From Candidatus Nomurabacteria bacterium (GTDB lineage Bacteria > Patescibacteriota > Minisyncoccia > Phycocordibacterales > UBA9973): 64,000 nt of DNA. Where the stretch lies: the NCBI GenBank assembly GCA_943350875.1, contig CALRAL010000003.1, forward strand, positions 25,174 through 89,173, read 5' to 3'. The position numbers were made by a program, and so were the translations under genes. The notes beneath the pieces were generated by a model. The model saw only the letters and a list, made by a program, of their open reading frames with translations, was not told the origin of the DNA and ran no database searches. Of the stretch, positions 48,261 to 57,527 are shown one piece after another (within the stretch, counting starts at the first letter, position 1; each line of letters starts with the position of its first letter).

Positions 48261-48718
48261 TGAAAACTTTGACTTTGGCAATTTTGTTTCGAGGGGATAA
48301 AATTCTTCTAGCGATGAAGAAGCGGGGTTTTGGTGTAGGGAAGTGGAATGGTTATGGAGGTAAATTAGAAGGAGTAGAAAAGCCGATAGATGCTATTGTG
48401 CGCGAAATAGAAGAAGAAAGTGGTTTGGTTGTGGATAGAAATTTACTGAAAGAACTTGGTTTCATAGATTTTTATTTTGATGATAAAAAAGAATGGGATC
48501 AAAGAGTAATAATTTACAGACTTAATAAGTTTACAGGTGAACCGATAGAGACAGAAGAAATGGCGCCAGAATTTTTTGATTTAGATAAAATACCATACAA
48601 TGATATGTGGCCTGCTGATAGTAAATGGTTGCCATACGTTATTTCGGGGATAAAATTTAGTGGTGAAATACATTTTTCTGGCACTGGTGAGCGTATTTTT
48701 AGTTGTGTGATAGAATAA
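48260..48718 (+). CDS. NUDIX hydrolase (MutT-like)
   Basis: Nudix box GGKLEGVEKPIDAIVREIEEESGL. Confidence 0.75.
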   Translation: MKTLTLAILFRGDKILLAMKKRGFGVGKWNGYGGKLEGVEKPIDAIVREIEEESGLVVDRNLLKELGFIDFYFDDKKEWDQRVIIYRLNKFTGEPIETEEMAPEFFDLDKIPYNDMWPADSKWLPYVISGIKFSGEIHFSGTGERIFSCVIE

Positions 48719-48755
48719 CTTGACATCCTGTAGCACAATTTGCTACACTTAAAAT

Positions 48756-48971
48756 ATGAGAACAACATTAAATATATCAATGCCACCGAAGCTTTTTAGC
48801 CAAGTGGAATCAACAGTTAGGGAACATAATTATTCATCTATAAGTGAGTTTATTCGTGATGCTATAAGGGCATGGAATGAGGAGCAACTGTATCAGTCTG
48901 TTTTACGAAGTGAAAGAGAATTTGCTCAAGGAAAAGGGAAGAGACTTCGTTCACTAAAGGATTTATTGTAA
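48756..48971 (+). CDS. Ribbon-helix-helix antitoxin (ParD/RelB-like)
   Basis: 71 aa with N-terminal beta-strand LNISMP and an RHH pattern. It is immediately upstream of a RelE/ParE-like toxin. Confidence 0.5.
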   Translation: MRTTLNISMPPKLFSQVESTVREHNYSSISEFIRDAIRAWNEEQLYQSVLRSEREFAQGKGKRLRSLKDLL

Positions 48972-48979
48972 TTATTTTT

Positions 48980-49237
48980 ATGGATATAGATTATTCACCG
49001 GAATTTAATCATTGTTTTAAAAAATTACCTCACAAACTAAAGCTTAAAGCTATTGAAAAAGAAAAAATTTTTAGAAAAAATCAGTTTGATCCCCAGTTAA
49101 AAACTCATAAACTTTCGGGTAAGTTAAAAGGTAAGTATGCTTTTTGGATTGATTTTAAAAATAGAATCATTTTTTCTATTATCAATTCAAAAATAATCTA
49201 CTTTCACTCCATTGGCAGTCATGATATTTATAAATAG
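48980..49237 (+). CDS. RelE/ParE-family toxin
   Basis: 85 aa with LKTHKLSGKLKGKYAFWIDFKNRIIF...IYFHSIGSHDIYK, the RelE/ParE C-terminal pattern. Confidence 0.5.
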   Translation: MDIDYSPEFNHCFKKLPHKLKLKAIEKEKIFRKNQFDPQLKTHKLSGKLKGKYAFWIDFKNRIIFSIINSKIIYFHSIGSHDIYK

Positions 49238-49270
49238 AGTTATGTGATAGAATGAAGATAATTTAAATTT

Positions 49271-49702
49271 ATGCAAAAAGGGATTGATTATGTAGGTGTC
49301 ACTGTGTCTTACATTTGCCATGATGGCAAGGGTAACTATATCATGAATAAGAGGAGTAAAAATTGTCGTGATGAGCATGGCACGTGGGATTTTGGCGGTG
49401 GCGGTTTAGATTTTGGTGATACTGTGGAAGAAACACTCAAGAAAGAATTAAGAGAAGAATATTGTGTAGAAAATATTAGTTATGAATTTCTTGGGTATTA
49501 TGATTTGTTTCGTGAATTAAATGGAAAGAAAACCCATTGGCTTGCATTAAACTTTTTAGTGCTTGTCGATCCAAAAGAGGTAAAAAATGGTGAGCCACAT
49601 AAATTTGATGATTTACAATGGTTTAAAATTGATAATTTACCCACACCACTTCATTCTGCCATGCCTTTATTTATAAAAAAATACAAAGATAAATTAATTT
49701 AA
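49271..49702 (+). CDS. NUDIX hydrolase
   Basis: Nudix box GGGLDFGDTVEETLKKELREEYCVE. Confidence 0.7.
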   Translation: MQKGIDYVGVTVSYICHDGKGNYIMNKRSKNCRDEHGTWDFGGGGLDFGDTVEETLKKELREEYCVENISYEFLGYYDLFRELNGKKTHWLALNFLVLVDPKEVKNGEPHKFDDLQWFKIDNLPTPLHSAMPLFIKKYKDKLI

Positions 49703-49707
49703 GATTT

Positions 49708-50979
49708 ATGCAATTCTCAAAAAAGATTTTAAAGAATGGTTTGCGTGTGGTGACAGTACCGATGAAAGACAATCCGACTGTGACGGTGTTGGTACTCGTC
49801 GAAGCAGGTTCAAAATACGAGACGAAAAGGGTAAATGGCATATCCCACTTTTTGGAGCATATGTGTTTTAAAGGTACTGTGAAAAGGCCAAAGGCTATTG
49901 ATATATCTAAAGAATTAGACTCTATTGGGAGCCAATATAATGCTTTTACAGCTCAAGAATACACTGGATATTATGCCAAATCCGATGCTAAGCATTTTGC
50001 TAGAATTTTTGATGTAGTTTCTGATATTTATTTGAATTCTACTTTTCCTGAGGCAGAGATAGAAAGGGAAAAAGGTGTGATAATCGAGGAAATAAATATG
50101 TATGAAGATATGCCAAACAGACACGTACAGGATCTGATCATGGAGCTACTTTATGGTGACCAGCCAGCTGGCTGGAATGTAGCCGGAGAGAAAAAGAATA
50201 TTACAGATATGAAACGTACTGATTTCGTGGCTTACAAAAAAGCTCATTATGTACCGAGCGCGACCACGATAGTAGTATCAGGCTCTGTGACAGAAAAAGA
50301 AGTTTTAAAAGAAGTTAAAAAAGTTTTCGGTGACATTTCCGGTGGTAAAAAAACAGGTAAATTAAAAGTAAAAGAAAGTCAGAACAAACCAGAAGTTTTA
50401 GTGAAATTTAAAAAGACGGATCAGACCCATTTCGTGCTTGGCGTGCGCACTTATGATTTGTTTAGTAAGAAAAATGCTGTTTTGTCAGTTTTAGGAGGAG
50501 TGCTTGGTGGGGGAATGAGTTCCAGACTTTTCCAAAAACTGCGGGAAGAGATGGGAGTTTGCTATTACGTGCGTGCTTACAATGACTCTTATACTGACCA
50601 CGGATTTTTCCAGATATCTGCCGGAGTAGACAATAAAAGAGTCACAGAGGTTGTAAAAGTTATCTTAGAAGAATGTAAGAAATTAAAAAATGAGAAAGTA
50701 AGTGCAGATGAATTGGAAAAAGTAAAAGAATGCTTGATAGGTAACATGAAGCTTTCTCTTGAGTCTAGCGACGACATAGCAAACTTCATCGGTGGACAAG
50801 AATTGTTAAAAAAAGAGATTTTGTTGGCCGAAGAAAAAGCCAAAGAGATAAGGAAAGTAAAAGCGGAAGACGTACAGAAGTTAGCTAAAGAAATATTTAT
50901 AGATAAAAAATTAAATCTGGGCTTGATTGGACCTTTTGCAGGCAAAAAAGAGTTTTTAGATATATTAAGTCTAAAGTAG
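49708..50979 (+). CDS. M16-family (pitrilysin/insulinase-like) zinc peptidase
   Basis: Inverted zinc motif HFLEHMCFKGT with the downstream Glu. Confidence 0.8.
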   Translation: MQFSKKILKNGLRVVTVPMKDNPTVTVLVLVEAGSKYETKRVNGISHFLEHMCFKGTVKRPKAIDISKELDSIGSQYNAFTAQEYTGYYAKSDAKHFARIFDVVSDIYLNSTFPEAEIEREKGVIIEEINMYEDMPNRHVQDLIMELLYGDQPAGWNVAGEKKNITDMKRTDFVAYKKAHYVPSATTIVVSGSVTEKEVLKEVKKVFGDISGGKKTGKLKVKESQNKPEVLVKFKKTDQTHFVLGVRTYDLFSKKNAVLSVLGGVLGGGMSSRLFQKLREEMGVCYYVRAYNDSYTDHGFFQISAGVDNKRVTEVVKVILEECKKLKNEKVSADELEKVKECLIGNMKLSLESSDDIANFIGGQELLKKEILLAEEKAKEIRKVKAEDVQKLAKEIFIDKKLNLGLIGPFAGKKEFLDILSLK

Positions 50980-51011
50980 TTTATAGTATTTTTTTATGAT
51001 ATAGTATTTGT

Positions 51012-52091
51012 ATGTTTGAAAAGGATGAAATAACTTCTATCTCAATATCGACGGGTACGCTGATTCGCGCAGTTTTGGTCGCGCTTGGTGTTTTCCTTCT
51101 ATGGTATTTGCATGGTTTGATTTTAATTATTTTGACGGCGATAGTTTTGGCTTCTTTTGTGGAGTCTACCTTGCCATATTTCGCTAAAATAAAGATTTCT
51201 CGTGTTTGGGGAGTAGTTATATTTTATTTTCTTTCTATCCTTATATTTGCCGGAGTATTTTATTTATTTGCGCCACTTCTCATCACTGAAGTTTATAATT
51301 TTTCTACATTCATTTCTCATTATGTGCAGGGAGTGGACTTTTTGGATTATTTCAAGAGCAATAATTTCTCTGGGGCCAAGGATCTAGTAGCCAATCTTTC
51401 TAATAATTTTTCCTTACCAGAACTCCTCTCTGTATCCAAAGCATTTATCACCAATCTTTCTGGAGGATTCTTTCAGACTCTCTCCATCACTTTCGGTAGC
51501 ATCTTTAATTTTATCTTAATAATCATTATTTCTTTTTACCTTTCCATTCAAGAGAGGGGAATTGAAGACTTTTTAGGAATTATTGTACCGGCTAAATATG
51601 AAGATTATGCGATAGATTTATGGCAACGTTCAAATAGGAAAATAGCTCTTTGGATCAGGGGCCAGATGCTTGTCGGATTCTTGATAGCAGTGCTAACTTA
51701 CCTAGTACTCTCGCTTATGGGCATACAGTATGCTTTGCTTTTGTCTATCATTTCTGGAGCCATGGATTTGGTGCCATATGGTATCCTAATAGCTTTGATA
51801 CCTGCCGCTTCTTTTTCATATGTTTCAGGTGGTATCTCAACTGCTCTCATGGTGACTGGCGCTTATTTGATAATTCACCAATTTGAAGTTTTCCTTTTTG
51901 CTCCGCTTATTATTAAAAAAGTAGTAGGACTTTCACCCCTCGTCATTATTCTCTCTGCGGTGGTTGGGTTTGAATTGGGTGGTATCTGGGGGCTCGTGCT
52001 TGCAATACCTCTGACTATATTTATCATGGAATTGATAGGTGATGTTGAAAAGCATAAAAGTTTTGCTAGAACAAAAAATGAAGAAAAATAG
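51012..52091 (+). CDS. AI-2E family (PerM/UPF0118-like) membrane transporter
   Basis: 359 aa with about 8 TM helices and the AI-2E topology. Confidence 0.5.
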   Translation: MFEKDEITSISISTGTLIRAVLVALGVFLLWYLHGLILIILTAIVLASFVESTLPYFAKIKISRVWGVVIFYFLSILIFAGVFYLFAPLLITEVYNFSTFISHYVQGVDFLDYFKSNNFSGAKDLVANLSNNFSLPELLSVSKAFITNLSGGFFQTLSITFGSIFNFILIIIISFYLSIQERGIEDFLGIIVPAKYEDYAIDLWQRSNRKIALWIRGQMLVGFLIAVLTYLVLSLMGIQYALLLSIISGAMDLVPYGILIALIPAASFSYVSGGISTALMVTGAYLIIHQFEVFLFAPLIIKKVVGLSPLVIILSAVVGFELGGIWGLVLAIPLTIFIMELIGDVEKHKSFARTKNEEK

Positions 52092-53607
52092 TTTTTATAT
52101 TACCACTACTTTGCCTTATGTAAATGCTCCATTGCATTTAGGACACGCTACGGAGATAATACGTGCAGATACTATAGCTCGATTTAAAAAAATACAAGGT
52201 TTCGATGTGTTTTTTAATACTGGAACAGATGAACATGGGCAAAAAATTTATGAATCTGCAGAAAAGGCTGGTAAGGGAGTAAAAGAATATGTTGATTATT
52301 ATGCGGATTTATACAAGAGAACTTTAGAGAGGTTTGGTGTATTGTCAGATGTGCATTATATCCGGACGACAGATGAAAATCATACAAAAGCCGCAAAAGA
52401 ATTTTGGGCAAGATGTAAAGACAAGGGTTTTATATACAAAAAGAATTACCAGGCAAAGTATTGTGTTGGTTGCGAGGAAGAGAAAACTGAAAGTGAACTG
52501 GTTGATGGCAAATGCCCTGAACATGATAGGGTTCCGGATTTAATAAACGAAGAGAACTACTTTTTTAAATTTAGTGCTTTTACAGATAAATTAGAGAATT
52601 TCTATAAAGAAAATTCAGATTTTATCGTTCCTAATTATAGGATGAATGAGATGCGTGAGTTCATAAAACATGGACTCAATGATTTTAGTATTTCTCGCTT
52701 AAAATCAAAGATGTCTTGGGGTATAGATGTGCCGGGAGATGAAGATCATGTCATGTATGTCTGGTTTGATGCATTAACAAATTATATTTCTACATTAGGA
52801 TGGCCGGATAAAACTCCCCTCCTTATGGAGGAGGGGGTTGGGGGTGGTAATTCAAAAAATCACCACCTCGCCCTAAAGGGCTCTCCTCCTCAACAAGGAG
52901 GAGAGGAATCTCTATTTTCAAAGTACTGGATAAATGGTAATCCAACACAATATTGTGGTAAAAATAATACTCGTTTTCAAGGTCTTATGTGGCAGGCAAT
53001 GCTCTTGGCAGTAGATTTGCCATTAACACATCAGATTATCGTTGATGGTTTTATTTTAGGAGAAGGAGGTATAAAAATGTCTAAGACTCTTGGCAACACA
53101 ATAGATCCACTAGATTTAATACAAGAATATGGGACCGATGGACTCCGATATTTCGTATTACGAGATTTTCATTCTTTTGAGGATACCGCGGTTTCAAAAG
53201 ATAGGCTTAAAGAATCATATAATGCAAATCTGGCGAATGGGCTAGGGAATCTGACTAGTCGCATTTTGACTTTATCTGAGAAATATTTAGATAATGGAAT
53301 AAAAGAAACGAAATTTTCTATACCACAAGTAAATGATTTCTTAAATACTTTTGACATACAGCTTGCAATGAAAGTTATTTTTGATTTGATAAACGATTTG
53401 GATAAACAAATACAGAAAACAGAACCGTTCAAAGTTATAAAAGTGAATGAAGAAGAAGGAAAGAAATTAATTAAAAGTCATGTAAAGCAACTCCTTACCA
53501 TCGCGAAATCTTTAGCTCCATTTTTGCCTGAGACCTCAGAAAAAATAGTAGAACTTATTAAACAAAATAAAAAACCAGAAAAGCCCCTATTTTTAAGGAA
53601 AGAATAA
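52039..53607 (+). CDS. metG: Methionine--tRNA ligase with an in-frame family-2 GC-rich element insertion
   Basis: LHLGHA (HIGH) and KMSKT motifs. The insertion at 52813-52915 encodes DKTPLLMEEGVGGGNSKNHHLALKGSPPQQGGEESLF. Confidence 0.9.
   Translation: MMLKSIKVLLEQKMKKNSFYITTTLPYVNAPLHLGHATEIIRADTIARFKKIQGFDVFFNTGTDEHGQKIYESAEKAGKGVKEYVDYYADLYKRTLERFGVLSDVHYIRTTDENHTKAAKEFWARCKDKGFIYKKNYQAKYCVGCEEEKTESELVDGKCPEHDRVPDLINEENYFFKFSAFTDKLENFYKENSDFIVPNYRMNEMREFIKHGLNDFSISRLKSKMSWGIDVPGDEDHVMYVWFDALTNYISTLGWPDKTPLLMEEGVGGGNSKNHHLALKGSPPQQGGEESLFSKYWINGNPTQYCGKNNTRFQGLMWQAMLLAVDLPLTHQIIVDGFILGEGGIKMSKTLGNTIDPLDLIQEYGTDGLRYFVLRDFHSFEDTAVSKDRLKESYNANLANGLGNLTSRILTLSEKYLDNGIKETKFSIPQVNDFLNTFDIQLAMKVIFDLINDLDKQIQKTEPFKVIKVNEEEGKKLIKSHVKQLLTIAKSLAPFLPETSEKIVELIKQNKKPEKPLFLRKE
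52813..52915. repeat. Family-2 composite GC-rich hairpin element (CCCCTCC..GGAGGGG, GGTGGTAATT..AATCACCACC, GCCCTAAAGGGC, CTCCTCC..GGAGGAG), in-frame in metG
   Basis: Collinear with the intergenic copy at 60509-60655 and with the ftsK copy at 62891-62975. All three are read in frame. Confidence 0.8.
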
Positions 53608-53611
53608 ATTA

Positions 53612-53636
53612 CACAGGGTTCCCCTGTGTAATTTAT
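53612..53636. repeat. REP-like 24-bp palindrome TTACACAGGGTTCCCCTGTGTAAT, copy 1
   Basis: Identical palindromes occur at 54228-54252 and 54941-54965, flanking the RAYT gene. Confidence 0.8.
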
Positions 53637-53650
53637 ATAAGACTTACAAT

Positions 53651-54202
53651 TTAATTAGCTGTACAAAAAAACTCTCTTACGCACCAAACTTTTCCATCTA
53701 CAGGCTGACTTATCGATTCGCTAACAAAAGATTTTGGCATTCTATGGTTACCATATTTTAAATTAAAAGTGTCCATCATTTGTTGCACTTTACCTGATTG
53801 TTTAAGTTCTGTCTCTACATTATCATGAGCTATTTGAGGTGTTTCCCCAAACAAAAGTGTTCCTCGTCTATCGAAATAGTAATCAGCTTCTTCTTTTTTA
53901 GATTTAACAAAATTGCAATGCCAAGTAAATTTAAACTTACTTACTCCTGATTCTTTAATAACCTCGATTTTTACCAATGGATTTTGGACTTTTGAAGGAT
54001 ATTGTTTTTTTAAAGTGTCTCCAACTATTTTTGCAAATTCATTCCCACTTTTATGAGCTTCTGCTCCATTTGTAGATTCAAATGTATATTCATTATGTTC
54101 TCGAAAATTCTTATCACTAAACGCATCTAGTGAACCAAAGATCGCCGTTCCCGCTATAATTTTACTTGTTTGTTTTATAAAATTTCTTCGTGATTCATCC
54201 AT
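53651..54202 (-). CDS. Tat-signal secreted hypothetical protein, lying between REP copies
   Basis: 183 aa whose N-terminus SRRNFIKQTSKIIAGTAIFG is a twin-arginine motif. Confidence 0.45.
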   Translation of the reverse strand: MDESRRNFIKQTSKIIAGTAIFGSLDAFSDKNFREHNEYTFESTNGAEAHKSGNEFAKIVGDTLKKQYPSKVQNPLVKIEVIKESGVSKFKFTWHCNFVKSKKEEADYYFDRRGTLLFGETPQIAHDNVETELKQSGKVQQMMDTFNLKYGNHRMPKSFVSESISQPVDGKVWCVREFFCTAN

Positions 54203-54227
54203 CTTTAAATTATATCACAACGAAGGT

Positions 54228-54252
54228 TATACACAGGGTTCCCCTGTGTAAT
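54228..54252. repeat. REP-like palindrome, copy 2, at the 5' flank of the RAYT gene
   Basis: ACACAGGGTTCCCCTGTGTAAT. Confidence 0.8.
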
Positions 54253-54267
54253 GTGTGGTATATTACA

Positions 54268-54966
54268 GTAATGGAAAGAAAAATACCTTTTGTGAAAGGT
54301 GAATACTATCATATTTATAATCGTGGCGTAGAAAAGAGAATTATATTTAAGACAGATTTTGATTATAAAAGATTTATTCTTTTGTTGCATGTTTTGAATA
54401 CAGACAAAAATCTTAAAATAAGGGATTTACTCCGGTCTAGTTCTTTTAATGAATTGTTAAAAATAAAAAATGATAATCCTATTGTGGCGATTGGATCATA
54501 CTGCCTGATGCCAAATCATTTCCATCTACTTATTACTCCTTTGGTGGAGGGAGGTATTTCAAAATTTATGTTGAAATTAGAAACTGCGTATTCTATGTAT
54601 TTTAATGGAAAAAATGAACGAAGTGGTGCTTTATTTCAAGGTGTGTTTAAATCGCAACATCTAGACAATGATGAGTATTTAAGATACATATATTCTTATA
54701 TACACTTAAATCCAGCAAAATTAAAAGATAAAAATTGGAAAGAGAATAGACCCAAAGATTCTAGATCTTTAAAAGAATTTATTGTGAGTTATAAATATTC
54801 TAGTATTGGAGAATATATTAATAATAACTTTACTATAGTAAATATTTCAGTTTTTCCTGATTATAGAGAGTTATATAAATCTAATAAGGAATTTTTCAAG
54901 ATTATGATTGATGATTGGTTGAATTATAAGGAGATTACAACAATTACACAGGGGAACCCTGTGTAA
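54268..54966 (+). CDS. REP-associated tyrosine transposase (RAYT; IS200/IS605 TnpA-like HUH Y1 transposase)
   Basis: YHIYNRGVEKRIIF, the HUH motif LMPNHFHLLI and Tyr-containing YIYSYIHLNPAK. I placed the start at 54268 (MERKIPFVKGEYY), whereas the ORF track begins at 54190. It is flanked by identical REP hairpins. Confidence 0.7.
   Translation, partial: VMERKIPFVKGEYYHIYNRGVEKRIIFKTDFDYKRFILLLHVLNTDKNLKIRDLLRSSSFNELLKIKNDNPIVAIGSYCLMPNHFHLLITPLVEGGISKFMLKLETAYSMYFNGKNERSGALFQGVFKSQHLDNDEYLRYIYSYIHLNPAKLKDKNWKENRPKDSRSLKEFIVSYKYSSIGEYINNNFTIVNISVFPDYRELYKSNKEFFKIMIDDWLNYKEITTITQGNPV
54941..54965. repeat. REP-like palindrome, copy 3, in the reverse-complement orientation, at the 3' end of the RAYT gene
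   Basis: ATTACACAGGGGAACCCTGTGTAAT overlaps the last RAYT codons. Confidence 0.8.
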
Positions 54967-54977
54967 TTTAAGAGATT

Positions 54978-55817
54978 ATGCCAATATATATAGATATACA
55001 TAGTCATGTTAATTTCAAAGCTTTTGACGAAGACAGAGATACTGTCATCAAACGAGCTCTTGATAATGATACGTGGGTCATAAATGTAGGCACTCAAGTA
55101 GATACTTCAAGGAGTGCAGTAGAACTTGCAGATAAATACGAGGACGGGGTGTATGCTATCGTCGGTCTTCACCCGATACATACCAGTGCATCGTATCATG
55201 ATGAGCAAGAGTTGGGTGTTGGTGGTGTAGAATTTACTTCGCGTGGAGAAATTTTTGATAAAAACGTTTACAGAGAATTCTTAAAAGATCCAAAGGTAGT
55301 GGCGATAGGTGAGTGTGGGTTAGATTATTTTAGATGTACCCCTGAAACTATTTCAAAACAAAAAGAAGCCTTTATCGCGCAAATAGGACTTGCAAATGAA
55401 TTCAATAAGCCGTTGATGCTTCATATCCGTAATAATCCTAAAGACAAAACGAAAGATGCTTACAAAGATGCAATAGAAATTCTTAAGAAATATCCTACGG
55501 TTAGGGGCAATGTGCATTTTTTCGCTGGGATGCCAGAACATGCGAAAAGTTTCCTTGAGATTGGCTTTACACTTTCTTTTACCGGAGTGATAACTTTTAC
55601 CCATGATTATGATGAAGTAATTAAAAATACTCCGCTAGATATGATCATGTCTGAGACGGATTCCCCGTATGTTGCTCCTGTGCCATATAGGGGCAAAAGA
55701 AATGAGCCGGTGTATGTAAGTGAGGTGGTCAAAAAGATTGCTGAAATAAAAAATTTGCCAATAGACGAGGTTGCACAGGCGATAATAGCCAATGCAAAGC
55801 GAGTTTTTTGGATTTGA
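54978..55817 (+). CDS. tatD: TatD-family metal-dependent DNase/hydrolase
   Basis: IDIHSHVNF N-terminus and TIM-barrel TatD motifs. Confidence 0.85.
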   Translation: MPIYIDIHSHVNFKAFDEDRDTVIKRALDNDTWVINVGTQVDTSRSAVELADKYEDGVYAIVGLHPIHTSASYHDEQELGVGGVEFTSRGEIFDKNVYREFLKDPKVVAIGECGLDYFRCTPETISKQKEAFIAQIGLANEFNKPLMLHIRNNPKDKTKDAYKDAIEILKKYPTVRGNVHFFAGMPEHAKSFLEIGFTLSFTGVITFTHDYDEVIKNTPLDMIMSETDSPYVAPVPYRGKRNEPVYVSEVVKKIAEIKNLPIDEVAQAIIANAKRVFWI

Positions 55818-55943
55818 TTTCTTATACCTTTCTATGTTATAATACATTTGGTTCAGTGAGAAGAGGGTTTGTGTTCTCACCGGAGACTTTGGTCTTTGAA
55901 AACTTAAATTCACAATTTTTTTCAGGGAGTGAAAGACAGAAAT

Positions 55944-56087
55944 TATGCTGAAAAAATTCCTATATTTTGTTCTTGTATTTATAGGAGTAATGTGTTTACT
56001 TTACAGTATTCACTTACTCTATGCTTATAAAGAACAATCAGTAAAAAATACCCACCAGACTACTGTCGGTGGGTATTTTATTTTTTA
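55944..56087 (+). CDS. Possible small hydrophobic peptide (MLKKFLYFVLVFIGVMCLLYSIHLLYAYKEQSVKNTHQTTVGGYFIF)
   Basis: I translated it by hand. It ends in a hairpin plus T-run at 56044-56088. It is speculative. Confidence 0.15.
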
Positions 56088-56095
56088 GATTTAAA

Positions 56096-56190
56096 TTCTC
56101 CTCTTGAGGAGTACCTGCAGGGGGAGGTGGATGAATTCTTCCACCTCGTCTTTTGATTACAAAAGCCACCCCTCAAGAGGGGAATATGAA
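56096..56190. repeat. Cluster of GC-rich hairpins (CTCCTCTTGAGGAG; GAGGTGG..CCACCTC; CCCCTCAAGAGGGG) upstream of rpsF
   Basis: Same polypurine/polypyrimidine stem style as family 2. Confidence 0.5.
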
Positions 56191-56231
56191 AACAGTGGAC
56201 TTTTCCAAAACTTTTTGCTATTATCAATCCA

Positions 56232-56753
56232 ATGAAAGATTTAGGAGTTAAAAATGAAAATGACTCATTGGTAGATGAGAATGGTGTTTCGGACGCTCGG
56301 GTCTACGAAGTGGGGTACCTTTTGGTGCCTACTTTGGGCGAGGAAAACGTTCCTGCCATCTATGGCAACTTGAAAGAACTCGTGTCCTCTTTTGGTGGGG
56401 AGATGATCTCAGATGAAATGCCAAAGATGATAGATCTTGCCTACACTATGGAAAAAGTCACAGCAAATGTCCGCAGTAAATTCAACACTGCTTATTTTGG
56501 TTGGGTGAAATTCTACATAGACAGTCAGAAAGTTTTAGAATTAAAGAAAAAGCTCGCCCTCGATGCAAACATTATTCGTTTTTTGATAGTGAAGACTGTT
56601 AAAGAAAATACAATTGCTGCCAAGAGATTTGTGCATAGAGATACTTTTAAAAAGAGGACGCCTGTTATGAAAGAGGGTGCTGAAAATGAAGAAGTAGTGC
56701 CTATAAACAAAGAAGAGATAGATAAAGAAATAGATGCGATGGTAGCTGTTTAA
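56232..56753 (+). CDS. rpsF: 30S ribosomal protein S6, with terminal extensions
   Basis: The S6 core VYEVGYLLVP...LAYTMEK. It is followed by ssb and rpsR in the conserved order. Confidence 0.7.
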   Translation: MKDLGVKNENDSLVDENGVSDARVYEVGYLLVPTLGEENVPAIYGNLKELVSSFGGEMISDEMPKMIDLAYTMEKVTANVRSKFNTAYFGWVKFYIDSQKVLELKKKLALDANIIRFLIVKTVKENTIAAKRFVHRDTFKKRTPVMKEGAENEEVVPINKEEIDKEIDAMVAV

Positions 56754-56775
56754 TTATCATTTAACCAATCAAATT

Positions 56776-57231
56776 ATGTATTTAAACAAAGCAATTGTAA
56801 TAGGGAACTTAACTCGTGATCCAGAATTAAAGTCTTTGCCTTCTGGTATCAAAGTATGTTCTTTTTCTTTAGCTACAAATCGTGTTTGGAAAGATAAGAA
56901 TGGTGCTCGCCAAGAATCTGCTGATTATCACAATGTGGTAGTATTTGGACGCCAAGCCGAGACAGTCGCTCAGTATATGAAAAAGGGAAGCTCAATGATG
57001 GTAGAAGGCAGGATGCAGACTAGGAGCTGGGATGATAAAAACAGTGGTGAGAAGAAATACCGCACCGAGATAGTAGCAGAGAAAACACAGTTTGGTCCAA
57101 AAAGTGCTGGTTCTACAGGTGGATCATCGATGTCATCTCCTAAAACACCGACAGTAGATGTGGCAGGTGGGGAAGTAGATACCATAGAATACCCAGAAGA
57201 GGACATTAACCCAGAAGATATACCATTTTAA
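56776..57231 (+). CDS. ssb: Single-stranded DNA-binding protein
   Basis: OB-fold N-terminus NKAIVIGNLTRDPEL, with an acidic C-terminal tip DIPF. Confidence 0.9.
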   Translation: MYLNKAIVIGNLTRDPELKSLPSGIKVCSFSLATNRVWKDKNGARQESADYHNVVVFGRQAETVAQYMKKGSSMMVEGRMQTRSWDDKNSGEKKYRTEIVAEKTQFGPKSAGSTGGSSMSSPKTPTVDVAGGEVDTIEYPEEDINPEDIPF

Positions 57232-57249
57232 TAAAATTTTAATAAATAT

Positions 57250-57450
57250 ATGAAACAAGATTATTTTTCAGCCAACAACATAAAACACATAGATTACAAA
57301 GATATTGAGATCTTAAGTAAATTCATCAACCCAAATGGCAAGATTTTAAGCCACAAGAAGACTGGGGTGACAGCTAAAAACCAGCGTCAACTCTCAGGAG
57401 CCATCAAAAACGCTCGTTTTATGGGCCTTTTGCCTTTCGTAGCGAAGTAG
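57250..57450 (+). CDS. rpsR: 30S ribosomal protein S18
   Basis: IDYKDIEILSKFI...RQLSGAIKNARFMGLLPF. Confidence 0.85.
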   Translation: MKQDYFSANNIKHIDYKDIEILSKFINPNGKILSHKKTGVTAKNQRQLSGAIKNARFMGLLPFVAK

Positions 57451-57456
57451 TTTAGT

Positions 57457-57491
57457 GTCAAAGTTGCTAGGCAAGACCTAGCAACTTTGAC
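57457..57491 (+). terminator. Rho-independent terminator with a perfect 15-bp stem (GTCAAAGTTGCTAGG-CAAGA-CCTAGCAACTTTGAC) plus T-rich tail
   Basis: Immediately 3' of rpsR. The core GCTAGGCAAGACCTAGC recurs at 37405 and, in variant form, at 38699 and 59830. Confidence 0.7.
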
Positions 57492-57527
57492 TTTATATGT
57501 TAATAACTTTGCCTTTACTTCTCGCGC

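Noticed and set aside
55818-56231. The 414-bp tatD-rpsF intergenic region as a riboswitch or ncRNA
   Set aside because: It contains only a possible 46-aa hydrophobic micro-ORF and GC-rich family-2-like hairpins. I recognised no conserved riboswitch architecture. I kept the micro-ORF at low confidence only.
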